Source of the DNA: an uncultured Rikenellaceae bacterium | Lineage (GTDB): Bacteria > Bacteroidota > Bacteroidia > Bacteroidales > Rikenellaceae | Assembly: GCA_947054185.1 (NCBI GenBank) | Contig: CAMRVW010000001.1 | Span: 1 to 53,023, forward strand | Direction: 5' to 3' | DNA length: 53,023 nucleotides | Shown here: one piece after another, positions 37,076 to 46,272 of the stretch | Numbering within the stretch: position 1 is the stretch's first letter | How the letters are laid out: each line of letters begins with the position of its first letter | Translations under genes and position numbers: made by a program | The notes under the pieces: model-generated | Databases searched by the model: none | Seen by the model: only the letters and a program-made list of their open reading frames with translations | Told to the model about the DNA's origin: nothing

Positions 37076-37083
37076 CAAATGTA
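37076..37083 (-). promoter_or_regulatory. -7 box TACATTTG for rpsA
   Basis: The reverse complement of caaatgta lies ~56 nt upstream of the ATG at 37020. Confidence 0.45.
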
Positions 37084-37132
37084 ATAATAATATTCCGAAC
37101 AGCAAATATCGGCCTTTTTTTTGACGTACTGT

Positions 37133-38737
37133 TTATGGTCGCAAGGGGGTAAGGTCGATGGTTTGTGTGATGCCTATTTGGTCGATGAAACGGTCGTCGT
37201 GCGATATGACCATAAGTGTGCCGCGATACTCTCTTATGGTGTCGGTGAGTATGGCGAGGCTTTCGATGTCGAGGTTGTTGGTCGGCTCGTCAAGCACGAA
37301 GAGGTCGGGGCTGTGGTCGGATATCATCATGCAGCACAGCATAAGGCGCATGCGTTCGCCTCCGCTGAGTGTATGGCAGGGCTTGTCCCACGACGACGCC
37401 GGGAACAGGGCGCGGTCAAGGCGCATCTTGATGTCGTGGTCGGCGAGGTGGCGCACGTTGTGGCGTTCTGCCATTTGCAGTACCGTCAGAGGGGTGTCGA
37501 GTGCCTTGTACTCCTGGTCGAGACAGGCGGTCGAGAAGTCGGCGCGTTCCACCCGTCCGTGTGTGGGGGTGAGATGGCCCAGCAGCAGGCGCACCAGCGT
37601 TGTCTTGCCGCTGCCGTTGTCGCCGGCTATGTGCACCCGCCCGCCGCTGCATATCTCTATGTCGAGCGGATGGCTCCATAGGGTGGCACCGTCGTTATAG
37701 GCGAAACAGAGGCCCGAGGCCCTGACAAGACGTTTGCCTGTGTGAATGACGGCGTTGTTGAAGTCTATCTTAAGCTCGGCGCGGTGTGTCTGTCTTTGGC
37801 GTAACAGGTTGAGTTTCTGTTGTGTCTGCTCTATGATGGCGGTGTGCCTGAGGCGAAGCTGCGATGTGCTGTTTTCGGCCTGTGCGCCGCGTGCATTCAT
37901 TATTATGCGGGCTGTGCCCCCTTTCGATTTGTTGCGTTCGCCCTGTGCCGTGCGCCGTTCCTGCCTTTGCTGTGCCTCCTGTGCCCGTTTGCGGGCCGTG
38001 CGCAGGGCGTTGTGTCCCGCCTCTATCTGTTCTGTCAGCGACTGTTCTTCGGCGTCTCGTTGCTTGCGATAGAAGTCGTAATTGCCGCCATAGCTCTTTA
38101 CACCCTCGGATGTCAGTTCGTAAGTGGTATTCAAGAGGTTGAGCAGCGTTATGTCGTGGCTGACCACTATCAGCGTGGCGCTTGTCTGCTCTATGTAACG
38201 GTAAAGTCTTGCCCGTGCCGTGCGGTCGAGGTGGTTGGTGGGTTCGTCTAACAGCACCGTGTCGGGGGAGTGCAGGGCAAGTGCCGCGAGCATGGCCTTG
38301 GTGCGTTCGCCGCCGCTGAGTTCTGAGGCCGGGGTGTCGGGCCCTATGTGCGAGAGTCCCCACTGTGCCAGGGCCGTGTGGCATCTATCCTCTATATCCC
38401 AGTCGTCAGAGAGGGTGTCGAAGAGGATGGGGTCGACCGAGCCGGCGCAGATGGCCCGCAAAGCCTCTATCTTGCCGGCGACACCGAGCATTTCGGCGAC
38501 GTTTCGGCTGTCGGGGGCTGTGTTTTGGGGTATGTAACAGAGGTGCGATGAGGCTGTGACGCTTCCCGTGGCAGGGGTCAGACGACCTGCCATTATTTGC
38601 ATAAGCGTCGACTTGCCGACACCGTTGGCGCCTATAAGCGATACTTTGGCCCCCTCGGGCACCGAGAGGCTGATGTTTGAAAACAGCGGTTGCTGATTGG
38701 TGTGGCGGTAAGAGATGCCGCGTAATATGATACTCAT
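37133..38737 (-). CDS. ABC-F family ATPase (two ABC domains, no TM domain)
   Basis: 534 aa with two Walker A motifs (GANGVGKST, GDNGSGKTT) and two LSGGE signatures. A charged Arg/Gln-rich interdomain linker separates the two halves. Confidence 0.9.
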   Translation of the reverse strand: MSIILRGISYRHTNQQPLFSNISLSVPEGAKVSLIGANGVGKSTLMQIMAGRLTPATGSVTASSHLCYIPQNTAPDSRNVAEMLGVAGKIEALRAICAGSVDPILFDTLSDDWDIEDRCHTALAQWGLSHIGPDTPASELSGGERTKAMLAALALHSPDTVLLDEPTNHLDRTARARLYRYIEQTSATLIVVSHDITLLNLLNTTYELTSEGVKSYGGNYDFYRKQRDAEEQSLTEQIEAGHNALRTARKRAQEAQQRQERRTAQGERNKSKGGTARIIMNARGAQAENSTSQLRLRHTAIIEQTQQKLNLLRQRQTHRAELKIDFNNAVIHTGKRLVRASGLCFAYNDGATLWSHPLDIEICSGGRVHIAGDNGSGKTTLVRLLLGHLTPTHGRVERADFSTACLDQEYKALDTPLTVLQMAERHNVRHLADHDIKMRLDRALFPASSWDKPCHTLSGGERMRLMLCCMMISDHSPDLFVLDEPTNNLDIESLAILTDTIREYRGTLMVISHDDRFIDQIGITQTIDLTPLRP

Positions 38738-38833
38738 GATAAACGATCGTACGGATGGCCGCCCGGCCGGTGAAACCTGAATGCTTGTTGTGTGACATCG
38801 GCTCCCTTGGAACCGAACTAACGATCGCTTATC
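38738..38833 (-). promoter_or_regulatory. Structured 5' leader of the ABC-F gene (long-range 13-bp helix abutting the start codon)
   Basis: On the sense strand, GAUAAGCGAUCGU (38833-38821) pairs with ACGAUCGUUUAUC (38750-38738): 12 Watson-Crick pairs plus one G.U. The 3' arm ends at position -1 of the AUG. Confidence 0.5.
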
Positions 38834-38838
38834 TTCAT
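38818..38838 (-). CDS. Candidate leader peptide uORF (MKISDR)
   Basis: ATG AAG ATA AGC GAT CGT TAG on the minus strand. Its codons 2-6 overlap the 5' arm of the leader helix. Confidence 0.35.
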   Translation of the reverse strand: MKISDR

Positions 38839-38861
38839 CGGAGTGATTTTTGATTCGGGGA

Positions 38862-38869
38862 CAAAAATA
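38862..38869 (-). promoter_or_regulatory. -7 box TATTTTTG for the ABC-F gene
   Basis: The reverse complement of caaaaata lies ~125 nt upstream of the ATG at 38737 and ~24 nt upstream of the uORF ATG. Confidence 0.4.
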
Positions 38870-39030
38870 GAAAATAAAGCGGTGCGGACAAAATTTAAGG
38901 AGCTCTTTTTATTCGTCGGGTGACGACCGGCTTTCAAGCGGATATGGGTAAAGGGGCGTGGCAGGGGGCTTTCGGAAGAGGGGTCTTGTTGTTGGGGAGT
39001 GGGGTTTTTCCGGAAGGCGATATCTTAAAG

Positions 39031-39061
39031 TAAAAGAGCAACCCCGTTTGCTTGCGGTTGC
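39031..39061 (-). terminator. Terminator after the SGNH-like gene
   Basis: gcaacc (39038-39043) pairs with ggttgc (39056-39061), with a U-rich run on the minus strand. Confidence 0.5.
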
Positions 39062-39072
39062 ACTTTTGTTTA

Positions 39073-40017
39073 CTATAGTTTCAGGGTCTCTTTGAGTATG
39101 AGGCTGAATTTTTCGGCTCCCTCTTCGTGCAGATGGCTGGCGTCGAAGAAGTCGTCTTCCGTAAAGCGGGGGTCGTCGATGAAGTCGTAATACTCCGTTT
39201 CGGGGTATGCGCTCTGCATGGAGTCGACGCATTGCCGCATCTCTGCCTTGCCGCGCTCGGTCATCATCTCTGTGAAGGTGCTGTAACAGGGCATGGCAAT
39301 CACCGCTAAGCGCACACCGGCCTTGTTGCAGGCGTCGGCAAGGTGTTTGAGGTTGTCGATGCCCTCTTTGAAAGCGAGCGGGGCATTGGGGTGACCATAG
39401 TCTATTGTGAGCGTGAGTTGGGTGCTCTTCCAGTCTTTCGAACGTGACGATGCAGGCATCCTCTCAAACCCCGACGGCATGCATCCGTGCTTGTCCTCGA
39501 AGTCGCTTTTGAAAATGCGCGCACCATACTCCAGGCGCGAGTTGAGCAGTTCCGACCAATGCCAATAGGGTATGTGGGGCTCGTATGATATGCCCATATA
39601 CTTTTCATACATGCACTGATAGGTCGAGGTGAAATTTACAGACTTTTGAGTCCCCTCTTTACTTGCGCACGGATATAGGTAACTCAGATATTGCGAGTTG
39701 TATCGAAGGGGCCATATCACGCATTTCAAGTTGGTGAGTGTGGGTATGTAACGTCGGGCCAGTGCTGCATCGTAATAGGCAGTGCGTCCGCTGATGGCCA
39801 TGTTGAACACGCTGTCGCCCAAATGTTCGGGTATAATGCCGGTGGCGGTGTGAGAGTGCCCCAGCACCAGCACCTTTATGCGGTCGCCGTGCTCTTCGAC
39901 ATATCGCCGCTTATATGAGTAACCGTTCGGGACGGTGAGCAGAAACAGCTCTATGGCTATGCAGAGAAGCAATGCAAGCAGGGCGAAGAGTGCCGTTTTG
40001 CGCAAAAAACATTTCAT
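39073..40017 (-). CDS. Membrane-anchored SGNH/AlgJ/DltD-like partner of the MBOAT acyltransferase
   Basis: 314 aa with one N-terminal TM helix and a VLVLGHSH block near the N-terminus. It lies 6 nt downstream of the MBOAT gene. The assignment rests mainly on context. Confidence 0.5.
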   Translation of the reverse strand: MKCFLRKTALFALLALLLCIAIELFLLTVPNGYSYKRRYVEEHGDRIKVLVLGHSHTATGIIPEHLGDSVFNMAISGRTAYYDAALARRYIPTLTNLKCVIWPLRYNSQYLSYLYPCASKEGTQKSVNFTSTYQCMYEKYMGISYEPHIPYWHWSELLNSRLEYGARIFKSDFEDKHGCMPSGFERMPASSRSKDWKSTQLTLTIDYGHPNAPLAFKEGIDNLKHLADACNKAGVRLAVIAMPCYSTFTEMMTERGKAEMRQCVDSMQSAYPETEYYDFIDDPRFTEDDFFDASHLHEEGAEKFSLILKETLKL

Positions 40018-40023
40018 GGTCTG

Positions 40024-41466
40024 TCAGAATTGGAAGTAAATAAAATCGGTCTGTCCTCCCGCGAAGAGCAAGATAATGAGTATGATGGAAAGGTAAAGCG
40101 CCCAACGTACGGCTCGCGGGCGCAGCACTGCCGAGGTGTCGGCAAGTTGCAGCACGTGGTTTTTGTGACGTCCCAACCACTCGACAACCAAGAATATCAC
40201 TATGAACGCCAGCGCCTTTTTGCCGTATGTGGGCATGGCGGGGTGCAGCTTGGTTACCATGCACACCATATAGTCGTATGCCTGTTGTATCGTCTCGGCG
40301 CGGAACAGAATCCACCCTATCACCACCAGGGCAAAGGTGAGAATCATCTGCCACGCCTCTTTAAACGACGGCAGCATCTTGCCTTGCGCCACCACATCGG
40401 TATATTTGCGGTTGCGTCCCAGCATCAGCAGCGGGAAGAACAACAGCGCGTGGTATGCACCCCAGCCTATGAACGTCCAGTTGGCGCCATGCCAGAATCC
40501 GCTGATGAGAAATATTGTCATGGTGTTGCGGGCCACCTTCCACCGGGCGCAACGGCTGCCGCCCAAGGGTATATATATGTAATCGCGGAACCATGTGGTG
40601 AGCGATATGTGCCAGCGCCTCCAAAACTCGGCTATGTCGCGCGAGAAGTACGGGAAATTGAAGTTGCGCATGAGGTCTATGCCGAACAGACGCGCCGTGC
40701 CGATGGCTATGTCGGAATAGCCCGAGAAGTCGCCGTATATCTGGAAGGTGAAGAATATGGCTCCGCAAATCAGGTCTAAACCGTTAAGAGTCTGGTAATT
40801 GGCGAATATGATGTTTGCTGCCGCGGCGCAGTTGTCGGCTATCACCATTTTTTTGAAAAATCCCCATAGTATCTGTCTTGCCCCGTCGACGGCCTTGGTG
40901 TAATCGAATGTGCGTGGTGCCAGAAATTGGGGCAGCAGGTTGGTGGCGCGCTCTATGGGGCCGGCCACCAGCTGGGGGAAGAAGCTGATGAAGGCGAAGA
41001 ATGCCACCATGTCGTGGGTGGGTGTTATCTTGCGTCGATATACGTCGATGGTGTAACTGAGGGCCTGGAACGTGTAAAAGCTGATGCCCACGGGCAGCAG
41101 TATGTCGAGCGTGACCCAGTCGGCCTCCATGCCTAAAGAGCGTAAGATGTGTGCAAAGTTTTCGCCGAAGAAGTTGAAATATTTGAAATAGCACAGTATC
41201 GCCAGGTTCAATACTATGTTGGCGGCGCTGATGGCTTTTTGCACACTGCGTCTGCCCTCGTTGCGCTCGAGCAGTATGCCGCTCAGGAAGCTGCATACGG
41301 TGGTTATGGCAATGAGGATGAGAAAACGCCAGTCCCACCAGCCGTAAAAGAGATAACTGACCGCCACCACAAAGAGGTTTTGCTGTCGCAGGGGTTTGAA
41401 CACGAACCAATAGAGCAGGAAGACTATGGGCAAAAACAGAAGGAATTCGAAAGAGTTGAAAAGCAC
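40024..41466 (-). CDS. MBOAT-family O-acyltransferase (AlgI/DltB-like)
   Basis: It is multi-TM, and after a GTG start at 41466 the N-terminus LFNSFEFLLFLPIVFLLYW is typical of the family. A conserved His region FWRRWHISL is present. The ATG-extended frame reaches 41532 but contains the -7 box, so the shorter start is preferred. Confidence 0.88.
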   Translation of the reverse strand: MLFNSFEFLLFLPIVFLLYWFVFKPLRQQNLFVVAVSYLFYGWWDWRFLILIAITTVCSFLSGILLERNEGRRSVQKAISAANIVLNLAILCYFKYFNFFGENFAHILRSLGMEADWVTLDILLPVGISFYTFQALSYTIDVYRRKITPTHDMVAFFAFISFFPQLVAGPIERATNLLPQFLAPRTFDYTKAVDGARQILWGFFKKMVIADNCAAAANIIFANYQTLNGLDLICGAIFFTFQIYGDFSGYSDIAIGTARLFGIDLMRNFNFPYFSRDIAEFWRRWHISLTTWFRDYIYIPLGGSRCARWKVARNTMTIFLISGFWHGANWTFIGWGAYHALLFFPLLMLGRNRKYTDVVAQGKMLPSFKEAWQMILTFALVVIGWILFRAETIQQAYDYMVCMVTKLHPAMPTYGKKALAFIVIFLVVEWLGRHKNHVLQLADTSAVLRPRAVRWALYLSIILIILLFAGGQTDFIYFQF

Positions 41467-42004
41467 GGATGTCTGTTGTTGCACCCCGGTTCCTCGGCAG
41501 GGCGTTTTGCAAAGATAAAGCGTGAGGAACATTCGTCTTATCTCTCTTTCGGGTAAACGGAACTAAAACAAACAGTGCACTCTTCTCACCCGGCGCCACG
41601 TTGTGTGAGAGTTGCGGTGTTTATCCTTTCAGTCTGTAAAATTGGCGATTTTAAAAGAGAAGGATAAAGCAGAAAACGCTTCTTGTTGATTTACTGTCTT
41701 TTGCCGTTTTGACAAGACAGGTGTGATAAGTCTATTGCTAATTAAAACGCACGGCGGCAGAGGTGTTGTGCCCGGGTTCCTCTGACAGGCTTTTGCAAAA
41801 AAAAGAAGCGTGAGGAACTAAATCGTTTATCTCTCTTTAGGTATCGCCAAACACCCGACTAAAAACAAACAACATCTTCCCCACGCAATACCACAAACAG
41901 GCCGCACGGGCGTGTTCATAGCATTGGTGAGCGTTTGTATTGTCTATCCTTTTAGTCTGTAAAATTGGCGATTCTAAAGAGAAGGATAAAGCAAAAACGC
42001 TTCC
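41458..42004 (-). repeat. Tandem duplication (~225 and ~260 nt copies) of the MBOAT 5' region
   Basis: Copy A (41458-41682) and copy B (41744-42004) share the following blocks: gttg[ct][ag]ccc.ggttcctc..cagg..ttttgcaaa, then gcgtgaggaac, then tatcc-ttt-agtctgtaaaattggcgatt, then agagaaggataaagca. Copy B keeps a decayed start (GTGCGTTTTAA versus GTGCTTTTCAA in copy A). Confidence 0.75.
41510..41517 (-). promoter_or_regulatory. -7 box TATCTTTG for the MBOAT operon
   Basis: The reverse complement of caaagata lies 44 nt upstream of the GTG at 41466. Confidence 0.45.
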
Positions 42005-42325
42005 TATATATCTAATTCATAGCTGTTTTTGAAATGACTTTTTCATAAACAGCATCACAAAGTTAAATAAATATCGGAACAATACAACGCTTCGGGGAAG
42101 ATGTTGAAATGCAAAAATATAATTTATTTGGAGAAAGTGTCGGCAAAATAGTTGTGATGCACATTTTCAGACATGGCAGGCTTTTGTTGTCGGATGGAGG
42201 CTGACGATGGGTTAGGGCGGGGGAGGATGGGGGAGTCGGTGTCGGGCGGTTGTTTAGGCCGTTCTATTGATGAGCAGCATGTTGAGGCTGTCGGAAAGAG
42301 CCGTGGGGGTGGCGGACGATAAACG

Positions 42326-42357
42326 AAAAAGGCCCCGTCATCAAGACGGGGCCTTTT
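42326..42357 (-). terminator. Terminator of nifJ
   Basis: ggccccgtc (42331-42339) pairs with gacggggcc (42345-42353), flanked by A5 and T4, 20 nt after the stop. Confidence 0.8.
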
Positions 42358-42376
42358 GGTCAAGGTATTTTAAAAC

Positions 42377-45300
42377 TTACTCTTCGGTGTTGTAATTCAT
42401 CGCTGCGAAGCGTTTGTATGTCGAGTAACGCCATTTAGCGTTGGTCTCGGAAGCAGCGAAGAGCTCTTGAGCCTCGGCGGGGAACGCCTTGAGCAATGAG
42501 GTGTAACGCACCTCGTTGAGGATGAAGTTTTGGAATTCGCTCCAGTTCGGCTCTTTAGAGTCGAGGGTGAAGGGGTTTTGTCCCTGCTCTATGAGGGTGG
42601 GGTTATAGCGCCACAGGTGCCAGTAACCGCACTCGACAGCGCGTTTCTCGGTGAGCTGTGACACACCCATGCCGCCCTTGATGCCGTGGTTGATACACGG
42701 TGCGTACGCTATGATGAGCGATGGCCCGTCGTATGCCTCGGCCTCTTTGAGAGCCTGGAGGTATTGGTTGTGGTTGGCGCCCATGGCCACCTGTGCCACA
42801 TATACATAGCCGTATGTCATGGCCATTGCGCCAAGGTCTTTCTTGCGCACACGTTTGCCGGCAGAGGCAAATTTGGCAACGGCGCCTATCGGGGTCGACT
42901 TAGACGACTGGCCGCCGGTGTTGGAGTAAACCTCGGTGTCGAGCACCAGCACGTTGACATTCTCGCCCGATGCCAGCACGTGGTCCAGGCCGCCGTATCC
43001 GATATCGTAAGCCCAGCCGTCGCCGCCGAATATCCAGGTCGACTTGCGCACCAGATATTGCTTGAGGTCGACAATCTGACGGCAAGCGTTGCAGTCGCAC
43101 TTCTCGGCAAGCGGCAACAGCTTCTCGGCAGCAGCCTTCGATGCCTCGTATGAGTTGAAGCCGTCGAGCCACTCCTGCATCGCAGCCTTGGTCTCGGCCG
43201 AGCACTTGTCGCAGTTGGCGATGGCGTCGGTGACAGTGGCTTTCAGGCGGTTACGCAGGGTCTTGACACCGGTGTTGATACCCAGGCCGAACTCGGCGTT
43301 GTCCTCGAAGAGCGAGTTGGCCCATGCGGGACCGTGGCCGTTCTTGTCGGTGCAATAGGGTGACGAGGGTGCAGAGCCGCCGTATATAGACGAGCATCCT
43401 GTGGCGTTGGCGATGTTCATGTGGTCGCCGAACAGCTGGGTTATGGCCTTGATATAGGGGGTCTCGCCACAGCCTGCACATGCGCCCGAGAACTCGAAGA
43501 GCGGTTGTGCGAACTGGCTGTTCTTGACGCTGCGGGTCTTGTCGACGACGGTTTTGTAACCCACCTTGTCGTGCATGTATGCAAAGCGTTCTGCCTCACC
43601 GTTTTCGAGCTCTCCCTCAAGGGGCTTCATGACGAGTGCCTTGGTCGGTGCGGGACAGATGCCGGCGCAGTTGCCGCAACCGGTACAATCGAGCGGGCTG
43701 ACCTGTATCTTGAACTTGTACTCTTTGAGAGCGCCTGCACCCTGTATGGTGACGGTGCCTGCGGGAGCTGCGGCAGCCTCGGCCTCGGTCAGGAGGAACG
43801 GGCGTATCGCTGCGTGGGGGCACACATAGGCGCACTGGTTACACTGTATACAGTTTTCTGACTGCCACTGGGGAACGTTGGTTGCGATACCGCGCTTTTC
43901 ATACTGGGCGGTGCCGGCATCCCAGGTACCGTCTTCGCGGCCCTTGAAGGCGCTGACGGGCAGGTCGTCGCCTTTGAGCGCGTTGATGGGGGCAACGATC
44001 TTGGCGATGAACTCGGGAAGGTCGCCGTGGTGCTCGGGTGCAGGGGTGATAGAGGCCCACTCGGCGGGTATCTCTATCTTGACGACATTTGCACCGGCCT
44101 CAACGGCAGCATAGTTTTTGTTTACGATGTCTTCACCTTTCTTGCCGTAAGATTTGAAGATGGCCTTCTTCATGTGCTCGACGGCGCTGTCGTAAGGTAT
44201 GACGCCCGACACCTTGAAGAATGCGCTCTGCATTATGGTGTTGGTGCGTGAGCCCAACCCCAGCTCGGCAGCTATCTTGGTGGCGTTGATGACATAGAAG
44301 TTGATGTGGTGCTCGGCCATGTATCTCTTCATGTCGTCAGGCAGGTGCTTTTTGGTGGTCTCCTCGTCCCAGACACTGTTGAGCAGGAAGGTGCCGCCGT
44401 CTTTCAGCCCTTTCAAAAGGTCGTATTTGCCAAGGTATGAAGGCACATGGCAGGCCACGAAGTCGGGAGTGGTGACCAGATAGGGCGAGTTGATGGGGTG
44501 GTCGCCGAAACGAAGGTGCGAGCTGGTGTAACCGCCCGATTTCTTCGAGTCGTAAGAGAAATAGGCCTGGCAATATTTGTTGGTTGCCTCACCGATGATC
44601 TTGATGGAGTTTTTGTTGGCGCCCACGGTGCCGTCCGAGCCCAGACCTATGAAGCGCGCCTCGAACAGACCCTCGTGGTCGAGCTGAAGCTCGGGACCCA
44701 CGGGCAACGACTTGAAGGTGACGTCGTCGACGATGCCCACCACAAACTGGTTTTTGGGCTCGTTCATCTTAAGGTTGTCGTAAACGGCCAGTATCTGTGC
44801 AGGGGTGGTGTCTTTAGACGAGAGACCGTAACGGCCGCCCACTATTAACGGGGCGTTCGCCTTGCCATAGAAGAGGTCTTTGACGTCGAGATAGAGGGGG
44901 TCGCCGTTTGCGCCCGGCTCTTTGGTGCGGTCGAGCACACAGATGCGTTTGACCGTCGAGGGGAGCACACTCATGAAATGTTTTGCCGAGAAGGGACGAT
45001 AGAGGTGTACCGATATAAGACCCACTTTTTCGCCTCTCTTTGCAAGGTATGCGATGGTCTCGCGGATGGTCTCGGTGATAGAGCCCATGGCGATGATGAT
45101 GTTTTCGGCATCGGGTGCGCCGTAATAGTTGAACGGGGCATAGCTGCGTCCGGTGATGTGGCTTATCTGCTTCATGCACTCGGCAACCATGTCGGGAACG
45201 GCGTCATAGAAGCTGTTGGCAGCCTCGCGCGTCTGGAAGTATATGTCGGGGTTCTGCGCGGTGCCTCGTGTGACGGGATGCTCGGGGTTGAGAGCGCGAG

Positions 45301-45919
45301 AGCGGAACTCGGCCAGAGCCTTCCTGTCGAAGAGGGGCTCGAGGTCTTCCTGCTCGAGAAGCTCTATCTTCTGTATCTCGTGCGAGGTGCGGAAACCGTC
45401 GAATATGTTCATGAAGGGCACACGGGCCTTGAGAGATACAAGGTGAGAGACCGCAGAAAGGTCCATCACCTCTTGCACACTGCCCGACATGAGCATGGCG
45501 AAGCCCGTCTGGCGGGTGGCCATGATGTCCTGATGGTCGCCGAATATAGAGAGCGCCTGAGCAGCCAACGCGCGGGCCGACACATGGAAGACGCCGGGAA
45601 GAAGCTCGCCCGATATCTTGTACATGTTGGGGATCATCAGAAGCAGGCCCTGTGAGGCAGTGAAGGTGGAGGTGAGGGCACCGCTCTGCAACGAGCCGTG
45701 CACGGCACCGGCAGCACCGGCCTCAGATTGCATCTCAACGACATTTACGGTCTGGCCGAAGATGTTCTTGCGACCGGCAGCCGACCATTCGTCGACCAGT
45801 TCCGCCATTGTTGACGACGGTGTGATGGGGTAAATGGCCGCAACCTCACTGAACATATAGGCAATGTGGGCGGCGGCATAGTTACCGTCACAGGTGATGA
45901 ATTTCTTTTCTTTTGTCAT
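42377..45919 (-). CDS. nifJ: Pyruvate:ferredoxin (flavodoxin) oxidoreductase
   Basis: 1180-aa single-chain PFOR with two 4Fe-4S ferredoxin motifs (CIQCNQCAYVCPH, CTGCGNCAGICP) and a TPP-binding region GGDGWAYDIGYGG. Confidence 0.97.
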   Translation of the reverse strand: MTKEKKFITCDGNYAAAHIAYMFSEVAAIYPITPSSTMAELVDEWSAAGRKNIFGQTVNVVEMQSEAGAAGAVHGSLQSGALTSTFTASQGLLLMIPNMYKISGELLPGVFHVSARALAAQALSIFGDHQDIMATRQTGFAMLMSGSVQEVMDLSAVSHLVSLKARVPFMNIFDGFRTSHEIQKIELLEQEDLEPLFDRKALAEFRSRALNPEHPVTRGTAQNPDIYFQTREAANSFYDAVPDMVAECMKQISHITGRSYAPFNYYGAPDAENIIIAMGSITETIRETIAYLAKRGEKVGLISVHLYRPFSAKHFMSVLPSTVKRICVLDRTKEPGANGDPLYLDVKDLFYGKANAPLIVGGRYGLSSKDTTPAQILAVYDNLKMNEPKNQFVVGIVDDVTFKSLPVGPELQLDHEGLFEARFIGLGSDGTVGANKNSIKIIGEATNKYCQAYFSYDSKKSGGYTSSHLRFGDHPINSPYLVTTPDFVACHVPSYLGKYDLLKGLKDGGTFLLNSVWDEETTKKHLPDDMKRYMAEHHINFYVINATKIAAELGLGSRTNTIMQSAFFKVSGVIPYDSAVEHMKKAIFKSYGKKGEDIVNKNYAAVEAGANVVKIEIPAEWASITPAPEHHGDLPEFIAKIVAPINALKGDDLPVSAFKGREDGTWDAGTAQYEKRGIATNVPQWQSENCIQCNQCAYVCPHAAIRPFLLTEAEAAAAPAGTVTIQGAGALKEYKFKIQVSPLDCTGCGNCAGICPAPTKALVMKPLEGELENGEAERFAYMHDKVGYKTVVDKTRSVKNSQFAQPLFEFSGACAGCGETPYIKAITQLFGDHMNIANATGCSSIYGGSAPSSPYCTDKNGHGPAWANSLFEDNAEFGLGINTGVKTLRNRLKATVTDAIANCDKCSAETKAAMQEWLDGFNSYEASKAAAEKLLPLAEKCDCNACRQIVDLKQYLVRKSTWIFGGDGWAYDIGYGGLDHVLASGENVNVLVLDTEVYSNTGGQSSKSTPIGAVAKFASAGKRVRKKDLGAMAMTYGYVYVAQVAMGANHNQYLQALKEAEAYDGPSLIIAYAPCINHGIKGGMGVSQLTEKRAVECGYWHLWRYNPTLIEQGQNPFTLDSKEPNWSEFQNFILNEVRYTSLLKAFPAEAQELFAASETNAKWRYSTYKRFAAMNYNTEE

Positions 45920-45994
45920 TTTTATAATCGTTAGTCAATAGATTCTCAATTCTGAAACTCAGGGGCTGTTGTCTGTCGGGTCATTGCCCCGTAC

Positions 45995-46002
45995 CAAAGA
46001 TA
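45995..46002 (-). promoter_or_regulatory. -7 box TATCTTTG for nifJ
   Basis: The reverse complement of caaagata lies ~76 nt upstream of the ATG at 45919. Confidence 0.5.
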
Positions 46003-46272
46003 TTCCAACTCGCAAATGTATCAAAAATACATAAAAAATGCAAGAAAAATCGTCGAAGCTTATCTTGCGGCGACGCTATTCAAACGGGCGGTGCCGTTTT
46101 TTTTGTTGTCTTGCGGAGGGGGCTGGCAAAGAGGTTTGCAGCGCTATCAGAAGATGGTGTGCGTATGTCAGCACGAAGCGCCCGATGCGGTGATCTCTTT
46201 GACGCATCGCACCCCAAGAGGCGAATCTTGTGCGGGCAAGAGGGGGCATGGTCGGGGATTGTCGTGGCGGGG

